A model generated the notes under the pieces. That model was not told the origin of the DNA. It saw only the letters and a program-made list of their open reading frames with translations, and did not search any database. A stretch of DNA of 64,000 nucleotides, taken from the IMG/VR virus record IMGVR_UViG_3300044632_001003, positions 141,010 through 205,009 of that record; one strand, 5' to 3'. A program made the translations under genes and the position numbers. Positions 10,501 through 20,023 of this stretch are shown here, in pieces; position 1 is the stretch's first letter, and each line of letters opens with the position of its first letter.

Positions 10501-13500
10501 TACTTGTTGAATCATCCCAGATTCCATACCAACCAGTTTGTAAGTTTGAATAATAATCTTGGTTATCAATATAAATTGCATTTACTGATCCAATTGTTCC
10601 GCTGTTATACCTGATGAATCCAGTGCCTGGGTCAGAATTTGTTGTAGTTGTACTAAATTGATAATTAACACCACCCTTGTTTCCAGAAATACCTTGGATA
10701 CCTTGATATCCTTGAATACCTTGTGTCCCCTGTACTCCCTGCTCACCCTGAATGCCTTGAGTTCCTTGGTCTCCTACTGTTCCTTGAGTACCTTGGCGAC
10801 CTTGAACACCCTGAACACCTTGACGACCCTGAACACCTTGAGCACCATCAGTTCCTTGAGTACCTACATCACCCTGAATACCTTGGCGACCCTGAATACC
10901 TTGGCGACCCTGAAGACCTTGAGTTCCTTGTTCGCCTTGAAGACCCTGCTCACCTTGAGTTCCTTGAACACCCTGGATTCCCTGACGACCCTGAGTTCCT
11001 TGAATACCTTGAGTACCCTGAATACCCTGAGTACCTTGCTCACCCTGAACGCCTTGGATGCCTTGAGTACCTTGAGTACCTTGAGTACCTTGAACACCTT
11101 GGATACCTTGACGACCTTGAGTGCCTTGAACGCCCTGAACACCTTGAGCGCCAGTAATACCCTGAGTTCCTTGCTCACCCTGAATACCTTGAACACCTTG
11201 AGTACCTTGCTCACCCTGAATACCTTGAACACCCTGAGTACCTTGGGTTCCTTGAGTGCCTTGGACACCCTGACGACCTTGAAGACCCTGCTGACCTTGA
11301 ACGCCTTGAACACCCTGAACACCTTGAGTGCCTTGGACACCTTGAACACCCTGGCGACCTTGGAGAGCAACTTCTTCAATCAGCGACCAGGTTACTCCAA
11401 CTCCTGTAGAGGTAAGAACTGAAGTCGTTGTTCCAACTTGATTAACAGTATCATAAAGTGGTCCCTTAAATGCAACTCCACTAAAGGCAGTAATTAATCC
11501 AGCAGAACTAAACTGTGAAGCATGTAATACTGTAGTTGTTGTAATTCCAAGAGTGCTGATTCCACTGACATTTACTCCAGTGAGTTTTGGAGTTTGAGCA
11601 ACAGATACAATTCCCGAAGAAACCGTTAAATTAGTTGCATCAAATGCAGCAATACCTTTTGTAGTATCAGTTGCAAATGTATGAGTATTGCTTGTAATAA
11701 CGCCAGTTACTCTTCCATAAGAATCAACATTAATTTGAGTAACAAAAGAAGTATCACCGCTTGTTAGTGAAGACTTAGAAGTTGCAACAGTTGCTAAATC
11801 AATATCGTCAGCATTAACAACAATTCTTGATGTACTTGCTGTACCGACAGCCAGTTCAGTGACAAGACTATTATAAAGACCAGCACCAGCAAGAGTTTGA
11901 GTTGGAGCTGTGAATTGTGTCCATTCTAATGCCGATGTACCAACACCGACATTACCCCTTGTGATATGAACCCAACCAGTGCCGCCATTAATTACACCAT
12001 CACCAATGAATGTAAAGTCACCAGGAGCAATTTCAGCATCTTCATCATAATTTGCATCTCTGACTAATTCCCAAGAAGTAGATCCACTACCAGCTCTTGT
12101 GATGTTGTAAATACCATTTTCAAATAAATTCGTTTGATCTTTAACAAGAATTCTTTCATCAAATATAGATGTAACACCATCAACTATAAGTGTTCCAATC
12201 CCAACACCCCACAGCTTTGCTCCAACTCCAGCAAAACCATTATCATAATATGAAGAAAGATTTGAAGTCGTTGCAACAGACACAGACTTCTGAATTGTAA
12301 TCGCAGACTGGAAGTTGTCCAGATAGTTCTTCGTTACAAGTTCATTGGTTGCACTTGGAATGGTCTCAGTTGCAAAGAAACGATAACCATAAACATTACT
12401 TGAAATTCCAGCCTCACCATTTACGGTGAGGGTTCTGTTCATCACATTGGTTCCAACACCAACACGATTTGCTGCAGAATCATAAACAAGAGTTGCAGCA
12501 CCAGCAAAAATTCCGTTATCATTATATTGGACTTGCTGGTTACTACCTGCAGCAGTGGTTGCCTGAACAGTGATTGTTGAAATATTTCCAGAAGAGCTGG
12601 CAGTAATTCCACTACCAACGAAATTGACAATCGTTACAGCTCCAAGAGTTCCTACCTGAACACCTTCATCTTGAATTGTAATACCTGTGATTGCATTTGC
12701 AGGAGCACCATCTACCCAATCAATGCCATCTGCAGTTGAGATAAGAACCTGACCACTTGTTCCAGCTTGATTATTCTTATCGTAAAGTGCTCCCTGAAGT
12801 CTGATTGCACCAGCAACATCTAAATGTCTAGATGGTAATGTTGTATTAATACCAACATAACCAGTCAAACCTTCAACGAATACATCATCATTTAAGTTGA
12901 TATCAACATCAGATCCATCTCCAAGTTTTACATAATCTTGTGCTCCTTCAAAAATATCAACTAATTGAACTCCACCAGCATTGATTCTGATTCTATCTTC
13001 CGTTAATCTAATAAAAGTATCATCAGAAATATCTTGATAGCGATAAATGTATTGACCGACATAGATGTCTGTTCCGAATGTGGCAATACCAGTTACATTA
13101 AGAGATCCTCCAAGGGCATCAGAAATACTTACTCCAGCAAAAGTTGCATTAGAAAGAACAGTAAGATCTTGAGTTCTTACTTCTCCATAAACATCAAGTT
13201 CTGTAGTTGCAAGGCTTGTGCCAATACCAACTTTTCCATCCTGAAGAATTGAAATTGCTTCTACTTGAGCCCCAGTTTGGTTATCAGATAAAATTGAAAG
13301 TGACTTATTGTTACCACTTCTTGTTCCAAAATACTTAATATTAAATCCATAGTCTGCACTATTTCCACTTATACCATTAGCAAGACCATTGACTCTGAAA
13401 ATATCAACATCCTTTGATACTACAGAAGTTCTAATGATTGACCCAGTAGGAGTTGCTACCCCATAGTCAAATCTTAGTTCGTTATCACCAATATCAAGAT

Positions 13501-14638
13501 TATCAGCAAATGTTGAAACACCAGTAATTGAAAGTTGATTGGCAAACTGAGTTCCATAAACAGTCGAACCAGTTGCAACAGTTTCTAACTTTTTGGAATT
13601 ATCGTAATAGAGTTCTACTGATCCATTCCTTATGAATGAACCCATAGTTTCACCCTCAGTGGTTGCAATAACAACTGCAGCACCATTAGTTTCCAATCTT
13701 AAATTACCAGCACCAATATCCCTAATGTAGGATTGACCAGATGAATGATAAATATCCAAAGATGGAGTGTTTCCAAAATACAATCTATCATTATCACCAA
13801 AGTATGCAGAGGCACCAAATGATACGTTGCCAGAGAATGTGCTTAGACCAGATACAAAAATATTCTGTGCATCTAGTGCCTTACTTACAGTAAGACCACC
13901 ACCTAGAGTGGATACTCCACTTACTGACAGTCTTGTCAGATCTGCAATTCCACCAATAACAGAAGTTGAAATTCCAGATAGGGGAGCATAAGTTGCAATA
14001 CCAGCAACCTCAGCGTATGTTGCAATGCCAGCAACTTCAGAATACGTTGAGAATCCTGCTTGGCCCGAATATGTAGATACACCAGCTACAAAAGCATAGG
14101 TTGCCACACCTGCATTTGTGGCATAACCAGAAAACGTAGAGATTCCAGAAATTTGTGCGTAGGTTGAAAACCCAGCTTGACCAGAATATGTAGAGAATCC
14201 AGCCTTTGGTGCATAAGTTGCTACGCCAGCAGAAGCGGCATAAGTTGCTACACCAGCAGAAGTCGCATAATCAGAAAATGTAGCGATTCCAGAAACTTCA
14301 GAATAAGTGGAGAAACCTGCTTGACCAGAATACGTTGAGAATCCTGCGGTAGGAGTATAAGTTGCAATTCCAGCAGAAGAAGCATATGTAGAGACACCTG
14401 CTGTCTTTGCATATCCAGCAGTTGTTGCTTCACCCTCAAAAGATCCAACAAAAGAACTAGCGGTAACAATACCAGTGATTTCTGCACCACCTTTAACATA
14501 CAAGTCACTAGTTGCATTGGTTGTGCCAATACCGACTCTACCAGTTATTTGTAATACTGATCTACTTTCGGTATAATCAGGAATACCAATGCGTACAAGT
14601 TCGTTTCTACCGCTGAGATATCTTATTGGACCTGCCAT
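7517..14638 (-). CDS. Giant collagen-like tail fibre protein (2373 aa)
   Basis: Hundreds of Gly-X-Gln triplets; VGIGTT fibre motifs; N-terminal AG[IVF][AS]TY repeats. Confidence 0.85.
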   Translation of the reverse strand: MAGPIRYLSGRNELVRIGIPDYTESRSVLQITGRVGIGTTNATSDLYVKGGAEITGIVTASSFVGSFEGEATTAGYAKTAGVSTYASSAGIATYTPTAGFSTYSGQAGFSTYSEVSGIATFSDYATSAGVATYAASAGVATYAPKAGFSTYSGQAGFSTYAQISGISTFSGYATNAGVATYAFVAGVSTYSGQAGFSTYSEVAGIATYAEVAGIATYAPLSGISTSVIGGIADLTRLSVSGVSTLGGGLTVSKALDAQNIFVSGLSTFSGNVSFGASAYFGDNDRLYFGNTPSLDIYHSSGQSYIRDIGAGNLRLETNGAAVVIATTEGETMGSFIRNGSVELYYDNSKKLETVATGSTVYGTQFANQLSITGVSTFADNLDIGDNELRFDYGVATPTGSIIRTSVVSKDVDIFRVNGLANGISGNSADYGFNIKYFGTRSGNNKSLSILSDNQTGAQVEAISILQDGKVGIGTSLATTELDVYGEVRTQDLTVLSNATFAGVSISDALGGSLNVTGIATFGTDIYVGQYIYRYQDISDDTFIRLTEDRIRINAGGVQLVDIFEGAQDYVKLGDGSDVDINLNDDVFVEGLTGYVGINTTLPSRHLDVAGAIRLQGALYDKNNQAGTSGQVLISTADGIDWVDGAPANAITGITIQDEGVQVGTLGAVTIVNFVGSGITASSSGNISTITVQATTAAGSNQQVQYNDNGIFAGAATLVYDSAANRVGVGTNVMNRTLTVNGEAGISSNVYGYRFFATETIPSATNELVTKNYLDNFQSAITIQKSVSVATTSNLSSYYDNGFAGVGAKLWGVGIGTLIVDGVTSIFDERILVKDQTNLFENGIYNITRAGSGSTSWELVRDANYDEDAEIAPGDFTFIGDGVINGGTGWVHITRGNVGVGTSALEWTQFTAPTQTLAGAGLYNSLVTELAVGTASTSRIVVNADDIDLATVATSKSSLTSGDTSFVTQINVDSYGRVTGVITSNTHTFATDTTKGIAAFDATNLTVSSGIVSVAQTPKLTGVNVSGISTLGITTTTVLHASQFSSAGLITAFSGVAFKGPLYDTVNQVGTTTSVLTSTGVGVTWSLIEEVALQGRQGVQGVQGTQGVQGVQGVQGQQGLQGRQGVQGTQGTQGTQGVQGIQGEQGTQGVQGIQGEQGTQGITGAQGVQGVQGTQGRQGIQGVQGTQGTQGTQGIQGVQGEQGTQGIQGTQGIQGTQGRQGIQGVQGTQGEQGLQGEQGTQGLQGRQGIQGRQGIQGDVGTQGTDGAQGVQGRQGVQGVQGRQGTQGTVGDQGTQGIQGEQGVQGTQGIQGYQGIQGISGNKGGVNYQFSTTTTNSDPGTGFIRYNSGTIGSVNAIYIDNQDYYSNLQTGWYGIWDDSTSTVKGYLVITSASPTGTIVNVWQIDSVTNSTGYYTIGVTFISGTLPSNNELLSVEFSRTGDLGQQGIQGVQGTQGRQGIQGIQGNFGEQGVQGTQGTQGEQGIQGVQGRQGAQGIQGEQGTQGRQGIQGVQGVQGLLGTQGTVGQQGTQGTTGGQGIQGIQGTTGQQGAQGIKGEQGVQGITGAQGTTGAQGIQGFQGVTGSQGTVGTQGTVGGQGIQGTQGVQGVQGDQGIQGRQGLQGITGDTGAQGVQGRQGTQGTDGSQGFQGVQGRQGTQGTTGEQGVQGVQGTLGNQGVQGIQGVLGAQGTAGANGTQGSQGLQGRQGIDGATGAQGVQGRQGIQGVQGTQGIQGQTGTQGTQGIQGQTGTQGTQGIQGISGTLGTQGAQGIQGRQGIQGTTGTQGTTGSQGTQGTTGSQGVQGITGTRGGSDWTPVLVNVTQSTTDSSTFTKTGGTNASWDSSVYSVQGYVLGVYATARISSTTGFAMFGLNSDPTTDTSFSSIDYAFYFDNGTVSIYEGGTSVYSSGTYTATDTAYVLYDGTTVRYYLNGTLLRQVNRSPGSALFLDSSIYTSNLAFNNLAFGPMGSQGIQGVQGTQGITGAQGIQGITGPQGTQGIQGRQGIQGFQGTTGPQGIQGNNGTQGTQGTQGLIGPSNAILSIDDTSTTTLYPVMVSTLGSNATPKSRSTATAFAFNASTNVLSVANIAASNHYDFTGTYNINLGSGGTEGRGLVAGYSGGSYGGIGYNVRHTTTSGSYIAPGTDTSSYLLFNQGFTFYNAAAGSAGRSLSYTTLGLLTSSGNFGQPVGGSFHRVAYTSADNSYSGTFWWNGIAFGNNGDNYLVAGRTAVGGRFRFYTNNTSDITSNTTPGGTLAVTMDNAGDTIIEQNIQLKNRLRDGTNSAGTSGQLLSSTGTGTVWVNNTGTNAYHYLAINTDKNDVSDYGNLRLTAITGSDTYEANDTNPLVRDTRAPILADFFALTASISMSISSTGYLQVTTAV
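8562..11364 (-). repeat. 9-bp-period collagen-coding repeats (G-X-Q) in three tracts, interrupted by globular domains
   Basis: ccttga/ccctga recurring every 9 nt at about 8562-8750, 9240-10320 and 10680-11364. Confidence 0.9.
13960..14416 (-). repeat. Nonapeptide AG[IVF][AS]TY[AS]xx tandem repeats
   Basis: About 16 copies visible in the N-terminus of the 2373-aa protein; boundaries approximate. Confidence 0.8.
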
Positions 14639-14651
14639 TTTATTCTACGAA

Positions 14652-14993
14652 TTAGAGGTTAGAAGTTTCTAGAATACTAGTTAAAAATTTCAAATTCGTT
14701 GCATTACTACCAGAGGTAACCAGAGAGTCTCCAGTTTCTAATACTAATTTTCCTGCAAGTAGATTAACAGTGTCATTAGGTGCAATAGGAATATCCTTAA
14801 TTAAAGGAGTGTCAGATCCATCTCTGCGGAAATTTAATGTCATTGTATAAGTCGTAGCTCCCATATTTGTGCATTGAGCCAAAAGAACTACTCCTGTGTA
14901 TCCAACAGGAGCAGTATAAACTACTGCGTTTGAAGTTCCTACGGTTTGTGTTACCGTCTGAAAAGTATTTACTGCTGCCGATGCTGCTGCCAT
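14652..14993 (-). CDS. Small virion structural protein, cyanophage type
   Basis: 113 aa with VYTAP.GYT.VVLLAQ..N and KLVLETGD motifs, in the fibre operon. Confidence 0.65.
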   Translation of the reverse strand: MAAASAAVNTFQTVTQTVGTSNAVVYTAPVGYTGVVLLAQCTNMGATTYTMTLNFRRDGSDTPLIKDIPIAPNDTVNLLAGKLVLETGDSLVTSGSNATNLKFLTSILETSNL

Positions 14994-14997
14994 TTAA

Positions 14998-17529
14998 TTA
15001 ATCTCCTCCTAGAGCTAGAATGAATGGGGTAACCTGACTGAACAAACTCTTAACATAAATTGCTCCAGAAATTGTTCCTGTAGTTTGGTCGATTATAACA
15101 CCATCACCAATTCTGAAGTTACCATCTTGGTCAGTGCTCGTATAAATGACCTCACCACCATCAATCTTTACAACTTCATTTTCTTGAACTGTCACTCCAC
15201 CCTTAGAAGGTCTTGCAGTTTCAATTGCATTTCCAGCACCAATATACTCAAAAGAATGTGAAGAAGCGATTTGCAAACTTTGTCTAGCAAAATATGCAGT
15301 TAATCCTGCTCCAACATCATTATTTAGATTCTGTACCAGAGAGACTGTTGTGATTCCAGATGATGGAAGAGTTGCAGAATCAATCAAATAATAAATTGGA
15401 GATAGCACTGGTTCTGCAGTTGCTGTTACTCCACCACCAACAGGGGCAGCAATTGTAATTACTGGAGGACTATCTAACTCATACTGGAATCCAGTTGTAA
15501 GTATGTTAATACTATCAACTCCACCAAGAGAATTAAGATTTGCAGTAAGCTGAGCAGGAATTGCGTTACCAGGACCAGTTGGTGCAGTAACAGTAACCAA
15601 AGGTGGTGTTGAATATCCTGCTCCAGGATTTGTAACTGTTGCGGACTGAACTGAGTAATACTTCTTATCAAAATAAACTGATTGTCCAGAATAAGGTCTG
15701 AATGTACCAACCCCAGAGAGAACGACAACATTATCACCCCTTGTTGTCAGGGTTGTAAGTCCTGCGGTATATCTATCAGTTGATTTTGTAGTTTCATCAC
15801 CCACACCTTCAGATACAAGACCTTCTCTACCAAATGAAGAGTTAGAGTTTGTAAGGTCTAACTGTCCGCCTTGTCCAGTATAAATTGCACGGTCAGTACA
15901 AATAGTAAAGATAGAAACCAACTGAGCATAAGCACCGTTTGTGATGGAAACACCAATTCCACCTTGATTATATTGTGTATAGGAATCAACGTGGAATGCA
16001 CCCTGAATACCAATGTCTCCTTGGTCTCCTACTTCAGAGTTGAATCCATCAATTTTAGCTCCAATACTATTAGGAATAAAGTTGGTGCAGTTTCTAACAT
16101 AAGGTCCTTTTGTAACTGGACCAGTTCCTTGCAGAGGACTTAATGAAGATGTTAGAATTCCTGAGTTAATTGCACCATTATTACCAGGATAGTTTGTATT
16201 GATTCCACTTGCAGAAAGTCCGACATCAATAATAGTAGTAACAATCCCAACGCAAGAATAAATTGCAGATACAACGTTAGCACAACTATTCACACTATTA
16301 TTAAATCCAGTTAGAGGATCAGCTTGCATTGATAGATCCTTTACCTGAGTAAATTCATTCTGATAATTTGTATATTTCTCAACTGTTCCACCAGACGTAT
16401 AGAAGTGGTCCAATGTGGATACACCAACCACAACTTCAAACGTATTAACTCCAACAACACTCTTGACTGGGAAAATATATCCGAAAGAACCATCTGGATA
16501 AATGACTGTTCCAGGTCCAGAATTACAAGTAAATCCTAGACCGATAATTTTTACAGGATCATCCTTTAAAAGTCCGTGATTTGCTACGGTAATTGTTGTA
16601 ACACCAGTTGTTCTATCATAAGTTGCATTAGTAACTGATAGACTTCCAATACCAGCAGACTTACTACCCCAAGTAGCGTTATTGATAATCGATCTAACAA
16701 TGCCTGCAGAGTATTGAATTGCATCAATCGTTTCTGTCTTTACACCAACAATATGTTGAATTGCACCACCATTGTAATATGACTTACCTGCACCTACACA
16801 CTTGGAGTTGCCACCTCTGGTAATGTCGTGGCAAACACAATTCCAAATTGAACGAATATCTTCGATACAATTATTGACTGTTCCAATTCCGATATTGAAT
16901 GCAGGATTTCTATAATCTGTGCTTGTAATATACCCTACTGTTTCTCTAGCAATAAATTCAATATTATTACGAATCATTCGAGCAGCATCAAAATATCTGT
17001 CTGCTGCAGTTCCTAATAGTGGTCTTAGTGAAACAACCGCCGCACCATTTGTCGATGGTTGCCCCATAAAACTGATGTTTGTTATATGGCAACCATTGCC
17101 CATATAAAACAAATCTTTTGATGGGTCAGATGGAGTAACTATACAGTTTCTAAGTTCTGCACCTTCGATTCCAAGGTTATCACACATGTTGATAGGATTA
17201 CTCTCAACATATGTTCCAGGGAAAATCCTTATCGTATCATATGGACCAGAAGCAGAAACTGCGGCACCAATTGTCCTTTTTGAATCAATTTGGTTCAGAC
17301 CAGTATTATCATCCGAACCATTCATTGTAACGAATAGTGTCTTACCAGCGGTTGTTGCTGCACCAGCTTCTACAATTCTGGTGCCAATCCCAACCCCGTT
17401 TCTATCCTGCTTTAAAAGAATTCTACCGTCATATGTGTTAATGGCTAGCTCACCTAGAGGAAGTTGCTCTAAAGTTGGCTTCTTACCAGGGACTGCTGAT
17501 CTTTTAAACCTAATAATTGGATCGGCCAT
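14998..17529 (-). CDS. Tail fibre/tailspike-like protein with a pectin-lyase-like region
   Basis: N-terminal IRFKRSAVPGKKP...GELAINTYDG fibre-anchor motif; FV..NGSD.N.G...TI.AA and PGTY.E beta-helix entry motif; GPYVRNCT. Confidence 0.7.
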   Translation of the reverse strand: MADPIIRFKRSAVPGKKPTLEQLPLGELAINTYDGRILLKQDRNGVGIGTRIVEAGAATTAGKTLFVTMNGSDDNTGLNQIDSKRTIGAAVSASGPYDTIRIFPGTYVESNPINMCDNLGIEGAELRNCIVTPSDPSKDLFYMGNGCHITNISFMGQPSTNGAAVVSLRPLLGTAADRYFDAARMIRNNIEFIARETVGYITSTDYRNPAFNIGIGTVNNCIEDIRSIWNCVCHDITRGGNSKCVGAGKSYYNGGAIQHIVGVKTETIDAIQYSAGIVRSIINNATWGSKSAGIGSLSVTNATYDRTTGVTTITVANHGLLKDDPVKIIGLGFTCNSGPGTVIYPDGSFGYIFPVKSVVGVNTFEVVVGVSTLDHFYTSGGTVEKYTNYQNEFTQVKDLSMQADPLTGFNNSVNSCANVVSAIYSCVGIVTTIIDVGLSASGINTNYPGNNGAINSGILTSSLSPLQGTGPVTKGPYVRNCTNFIPNSIGAKIDGFNSEVGDQGDIGIQGAFHVDSYTQYNQGGIGVSITNGAYAQLVSIFTICTDRAIYTGQGGQLDLTNSNSSFGREGLVSEGVGDETTKSTDRYTAGLTTLTTRGDNVVVLSGVGTFRPYSGQSVYFDKKYYSVQSATVTNPGAGYSTPPLVTVTAPTGPGNAIPAQLTANLNSLGGVDSINILTTGFQYELDSPPVITIAAPVGGGVTATAEPVLSPIYYLIDSATLPSSGITTVSLVQNLNNDVGAGLTAYFARQSLQIASSHSFEYIGAGNAIETARPSKGGVTVQENEVVKIDGGEVIYTSTDQDGNFRIGDGVIIDQTTGTISGAIYVKSLFSQVTPFILALGGD

Positions 17530-17578
17530 TTAACACATTCGGTATCTACCAGAAGGAACAGTATTTACTATTCTGGTT

Positions 17579-17586
17579 TATTTATA
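17579..17586 (-). promoter_or_regulatory. T4-type late promoter TATAAATA for the fibre operon
   Basis: Exact TATAAATA about 50 nt upstream of ATG 17529. Confidence 0.7.
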
Positions 17587-17591
17587 AAAAT

Positions 17592-17963
17592 CTACGAAGC
17601 ATTATTTCTTCTTGGTCTGTATTTAAACAGATTAAGAGGAGGGTCTGGTTTCATCCATTCTTCTATTTTATTAAATCTTTCTTCACTATAAAAGTCTTGC
17701 TGAACAAACCATAATTTCCAGTGCTCATGTCCCTTCGACTGGTTACAATCATGACAGCAACAGACTACGTTTTTTGTAAAGTCTGCTCCACCTTTTGATT
17801 GAGGGATAATGTGATCAATTGTGAGTCTCTCCTCCGACCCACAATAAGCACATTGATGATTCCACTGTTCTTTTATATGTTGCCTCCACATTCGTTTCGC
17901 CTCCCCAGAACTTGTTGCGTGTAACTGAAACAAGTATTCTTTTGGAGAGTGTAGAGGTCCCAT
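17592..17963 (-). CDS. HNH endonuclease
   Basis: CAYCG...LTIDHIIPQSKGG...NVVCCCHDCNQSKG. Confidence 0.9.
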   Translation of the reverse strand: MGPLHSPKEYLFQLHATSSGEAKRMWRQHIKEQWNHQCAYCGSEERLTIDHIIPQSKGGADFTKNVVCCCHDCNQSKGHEHWKLWFVQQDFYSEERFNKIEEWMKPDPPLNLFKYRPRRNNAS

Positions 17964-17985
17964 AAGCGATTGCGATTTGAATTAT

Positions 17986-18573
17986 TTATCCAACATACTC
18001 AATAATGTAAAGACCCCTTAGAGATTCGATTACGTGGGTCTTCTTAATAATGTGGCGGTTATCATAAACAAATCTTTGGGCAGCATCTCTACCACTCCTT
18101 TCACTAAAGAAGTCACTAACCAATACAACTCTTGCCTTACCTTTAGTTAATTCAAGGTCATGATATCTTCCTTCAAAAGTTGTATCGCCATCAATATGAA
18201 TCAGATAATAACTATCGTCTAAAGATTCTAGTTCTTGACTATTAATTGTTTCGACTCTTATATCAATATTTTCTGCAAGAGATTCTGTCAAATTCTCTTC
18301 AGTCCGAGTAGCAGATTCACTATCCAGTTCATATCCAACAATTTTATTTAAAGTGGTCGAACCCAAAGATAAAGAATAAAGACTGTATCCATTTCTTGTT
18401 CCGATTTCTAAAATACTATCTGGGTCATAATATTTTGAAATAGCATAGAAGAGTTCATAATGACTCCCAGAATTGATATAATCACTATGACCTTCTTCTT
18501 CTCTTTCAAAGAAGAATTCCTCATCACCAACTTCAAATATTGATGCTGGTTTTAAACTATAAATCTCTTCCAT
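17986..18573 (-). CDS. Class I SAM-dependent methyltransferase (Methyltransf_24-like)
   Basis: ILEIGTRNGYS motif I; LIHIDG. Confidence 0.7.
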   Translation of the reverse strand: MEEIYSLKPASIFEVGDEEFFFEREEEGHSDYINSGSHYELFYAISKYYDPDSILEIGTRNGYSLYSLSLGSTTLNKIVGYELDSESATRTEENLTESLAENIDIRVETINSQELESLDDSYYLIHIDGDTTFEGRYHDLELTKGKARVVLVSDFFSERSGRDAAQRFVYDNRHIIKKTHVIESLRGLYIIEYVG

Positions 18574-18594
18574 CTGAATACAGACTCTTTAAAA

Positions 18595-18717
18595 TTATTT
18601 ATTCTTTGATCCAATAACAAAAACAAGTTCCTTCAGTGTTATAAAAATATAATGGATCTCATCGTAATAAGTAATGTCTTGATCTCTTTCAAGAAAGTGT
18701 TGTATCTTTTTTAGCAT
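18595..18717 (-). CDS. Small hypothetical protein (40 aa)
   Basis: Manual translation MLKKIQHFLERDQDITYYDEIHYIFITLKELVFVIGSKNK; fills the gap exactly. Confidence 0.45.
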   Translation of the reverse strand: MLKKIQHFLERDQDITYYDEIHYIFITLKELVFVIGSKNK

Positions 18718-18718
18718 T

Positions 18719-19015
18719 TTACACAACCACTGGTTCTGCTTGACTTTCTGGAAGTTTGATTTGTGGCAGTTCTTTCACTTCCCAAGAACCGCCAACTCCA
18801 CCATCCATATTCACAACAATCTCATTAGTTGGTAATGCCTTTGGAATCTCAACATCCACAACAGGTCCCATCAGAAACTTATTACGAGTATAAGTTCTGT
18901 TATGTGGATCAAAGGAAACCATTTCAAGAGCATCAGACTCTTCGCCACAGTCCAGAATCTTTCTTCCAGTTCTTTTATCAATCACTGAAAAATACTCATC
19001 ACGATACTTGTTCAT
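18719..19015 (-). CDS. Hypothetical protein
   Basis: 98-aa ORF in tight operon context. Confidence 0.6.
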   Translation of the reverse strand: MNKYRDEYFSVIDKRTGRKILDCGEESDALEMVSFDPHNRTYTRNKFLMGPVVDVEIPKALPTNEIVVNMDGGVGGSWEVKELPQIKLPESQAEPVVV

Positions 19016-19124
19016 CTTTTATTTCCTTTTCTTCATTATAAGATGGTTCTGGTTTTCTGTAAAGACCTGGCCAAGTATCACGAATAATCTCTGCGAGTTT
19101 ATAGGGTGTTTCTGATGTTATCAT
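18999..19124 (-). CDS. Small cyanophage hypothetical protein (41 aa)
   Basis: MITSETPYKLAEIIRDTWPGLYRKP...; ATGA overlap with the upstream stop. Confidence 0.6.
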   Translation of the reverse strand: MITSETPYKLAEIIRDTWPGLYRKPEPSYNEEKEIKDEQVS

Positions 19125-19786
19125 TCTTCAAAGTACATATTACGACGATAGTTTTCTCCAGGACAGTTTTCAATATGTTCAACTTCTTCTTGTGGTAAGA
19201 AATGAACACCACCAAGAAGTTTGGCACCAACAAAAATCTCAGCAGACTTCTCACACATCAAACTTGCAGATGCACAATCTTTCTGATAAGGAGATGCTGT
19301 AATGATGCCGTGATTTTTGAGAAGAATTAGTTTAGGAAAATATCCTTCCTCATTCACAAACTTGGTTACATATTCCTCAACCAATGCAAGAATTCTTTCT
19401 CCAGGAGGAGCATAAGGAACTAAACAAGACTTAGGACCATTTCTTACAATTTGATCTGGAAACCAACGATGATTCGCAAAATCATCTGCTGCATCAGAAC
19501 AAAGAATCTGTGTGGTATATGGTGGATGACTATGAGCGATATAGTTAATCTCTGGAAAAGTTTTCATAATCCAAGCGTGAAACAGTGTCTCAATACTTGG
19601 TTTCTTATGACTTAATTCTATCTGTGCTCCATTTGTATTACATAAGGTCAAATCTTCTTCGGAGAGTGTATGAAGACTTGTACCACTTGCCTTAATTAAA
19701 AAAGTATCTTTATCAACTCTTTCAGATACATTACCTTCCCCACAAATCGTATAATCTGCAATCGTATGTGCCAGATCTAATATCAT
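19121..19786 (-). CDS. Class II aldolase/adducin family protein
   Basis: GEGNVS, IKASG, PSIE..FH, AHSHP and LKNHG metal-binding motifs. Confidence 0.85.
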   Translation of the reverse strand: MILDLAHTIADYTICGEGNVSERVDKDTFLIKASGTSLHTLSEEDLTLCNTNGAQIELSHKKPSIETLFHAWIMKTFPEINYIAHSHPPYTTQILCSDAADDFANHRWFPDQIVRNGPKSCLVPYAPPGERILALVEEYVTKFVNEEGYFPKLILLKNHGIITASPYQKDCASASLMCEKSAEIFVGAKLLGGVHFLPQEEVEHIENCPGENYRRNMYFEE

Positions 19787-19875
19787 AGTTTATAGAACAA
19801 AACCTTGAAATTTTATTTATTAAAACATAACTTAATGGTTGTCTGGAAATCAATACAAAATACTTAAAAGGACAT

Positions 19876-19902
19876 AAAAAAGGAGGAGTCAAGCCCCTCC
19901 TT
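19876..19902 (-). terminator. Intrinsic terminator downstream of psbD
   Basis: AAGGAGGGG-CTTGA-CTCCTCCTT followed by a T-run. Confidence 0.8.
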
Positions 19903-20023
19903 GTGAATATGCAGGTTGCAGGATTCCTCCATCTTGGTCATCATCGTCATCGTGGTCTTCAGTAAAAATAACGATAAGTGCGAATGCGAAGATGACCAAG
20001 TATAGAAGATACTGTGCGGTCAC
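19889..20023 (-). CDS. Small membrane protein with acidic tail (44 aa)
   Basis: GTG start overlapping the psbD stop; one TM helix followed by [18 protein letters not shown]. Confidence 0.55.
   Translation of the reverse strand: MTAQYLLYLVIFAFALIVIFTEDHDDDDDQDGGILQPAYSQGGA

Noticed and set aside
8562-11364. Possible CRISPR array or DGR template/variable repeats
   Set aside because: The repeats are codon-periodic with no unique spacers, and no cas or reverse transcriptase gene is in the window.
8560-11422. Many alternative-frame and antisense ORFs (TLNTLS..., LEHLEY..., KVFKV...)
   Set aside because: Artefacts of the stop-free 9-bp collagen repeat; the same applies to 28373-30252.
17964-17989. 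Hairpin switch before the first HNH gene
   Set aside because: ATAAATA is present but no convincing inverted repeat was found.
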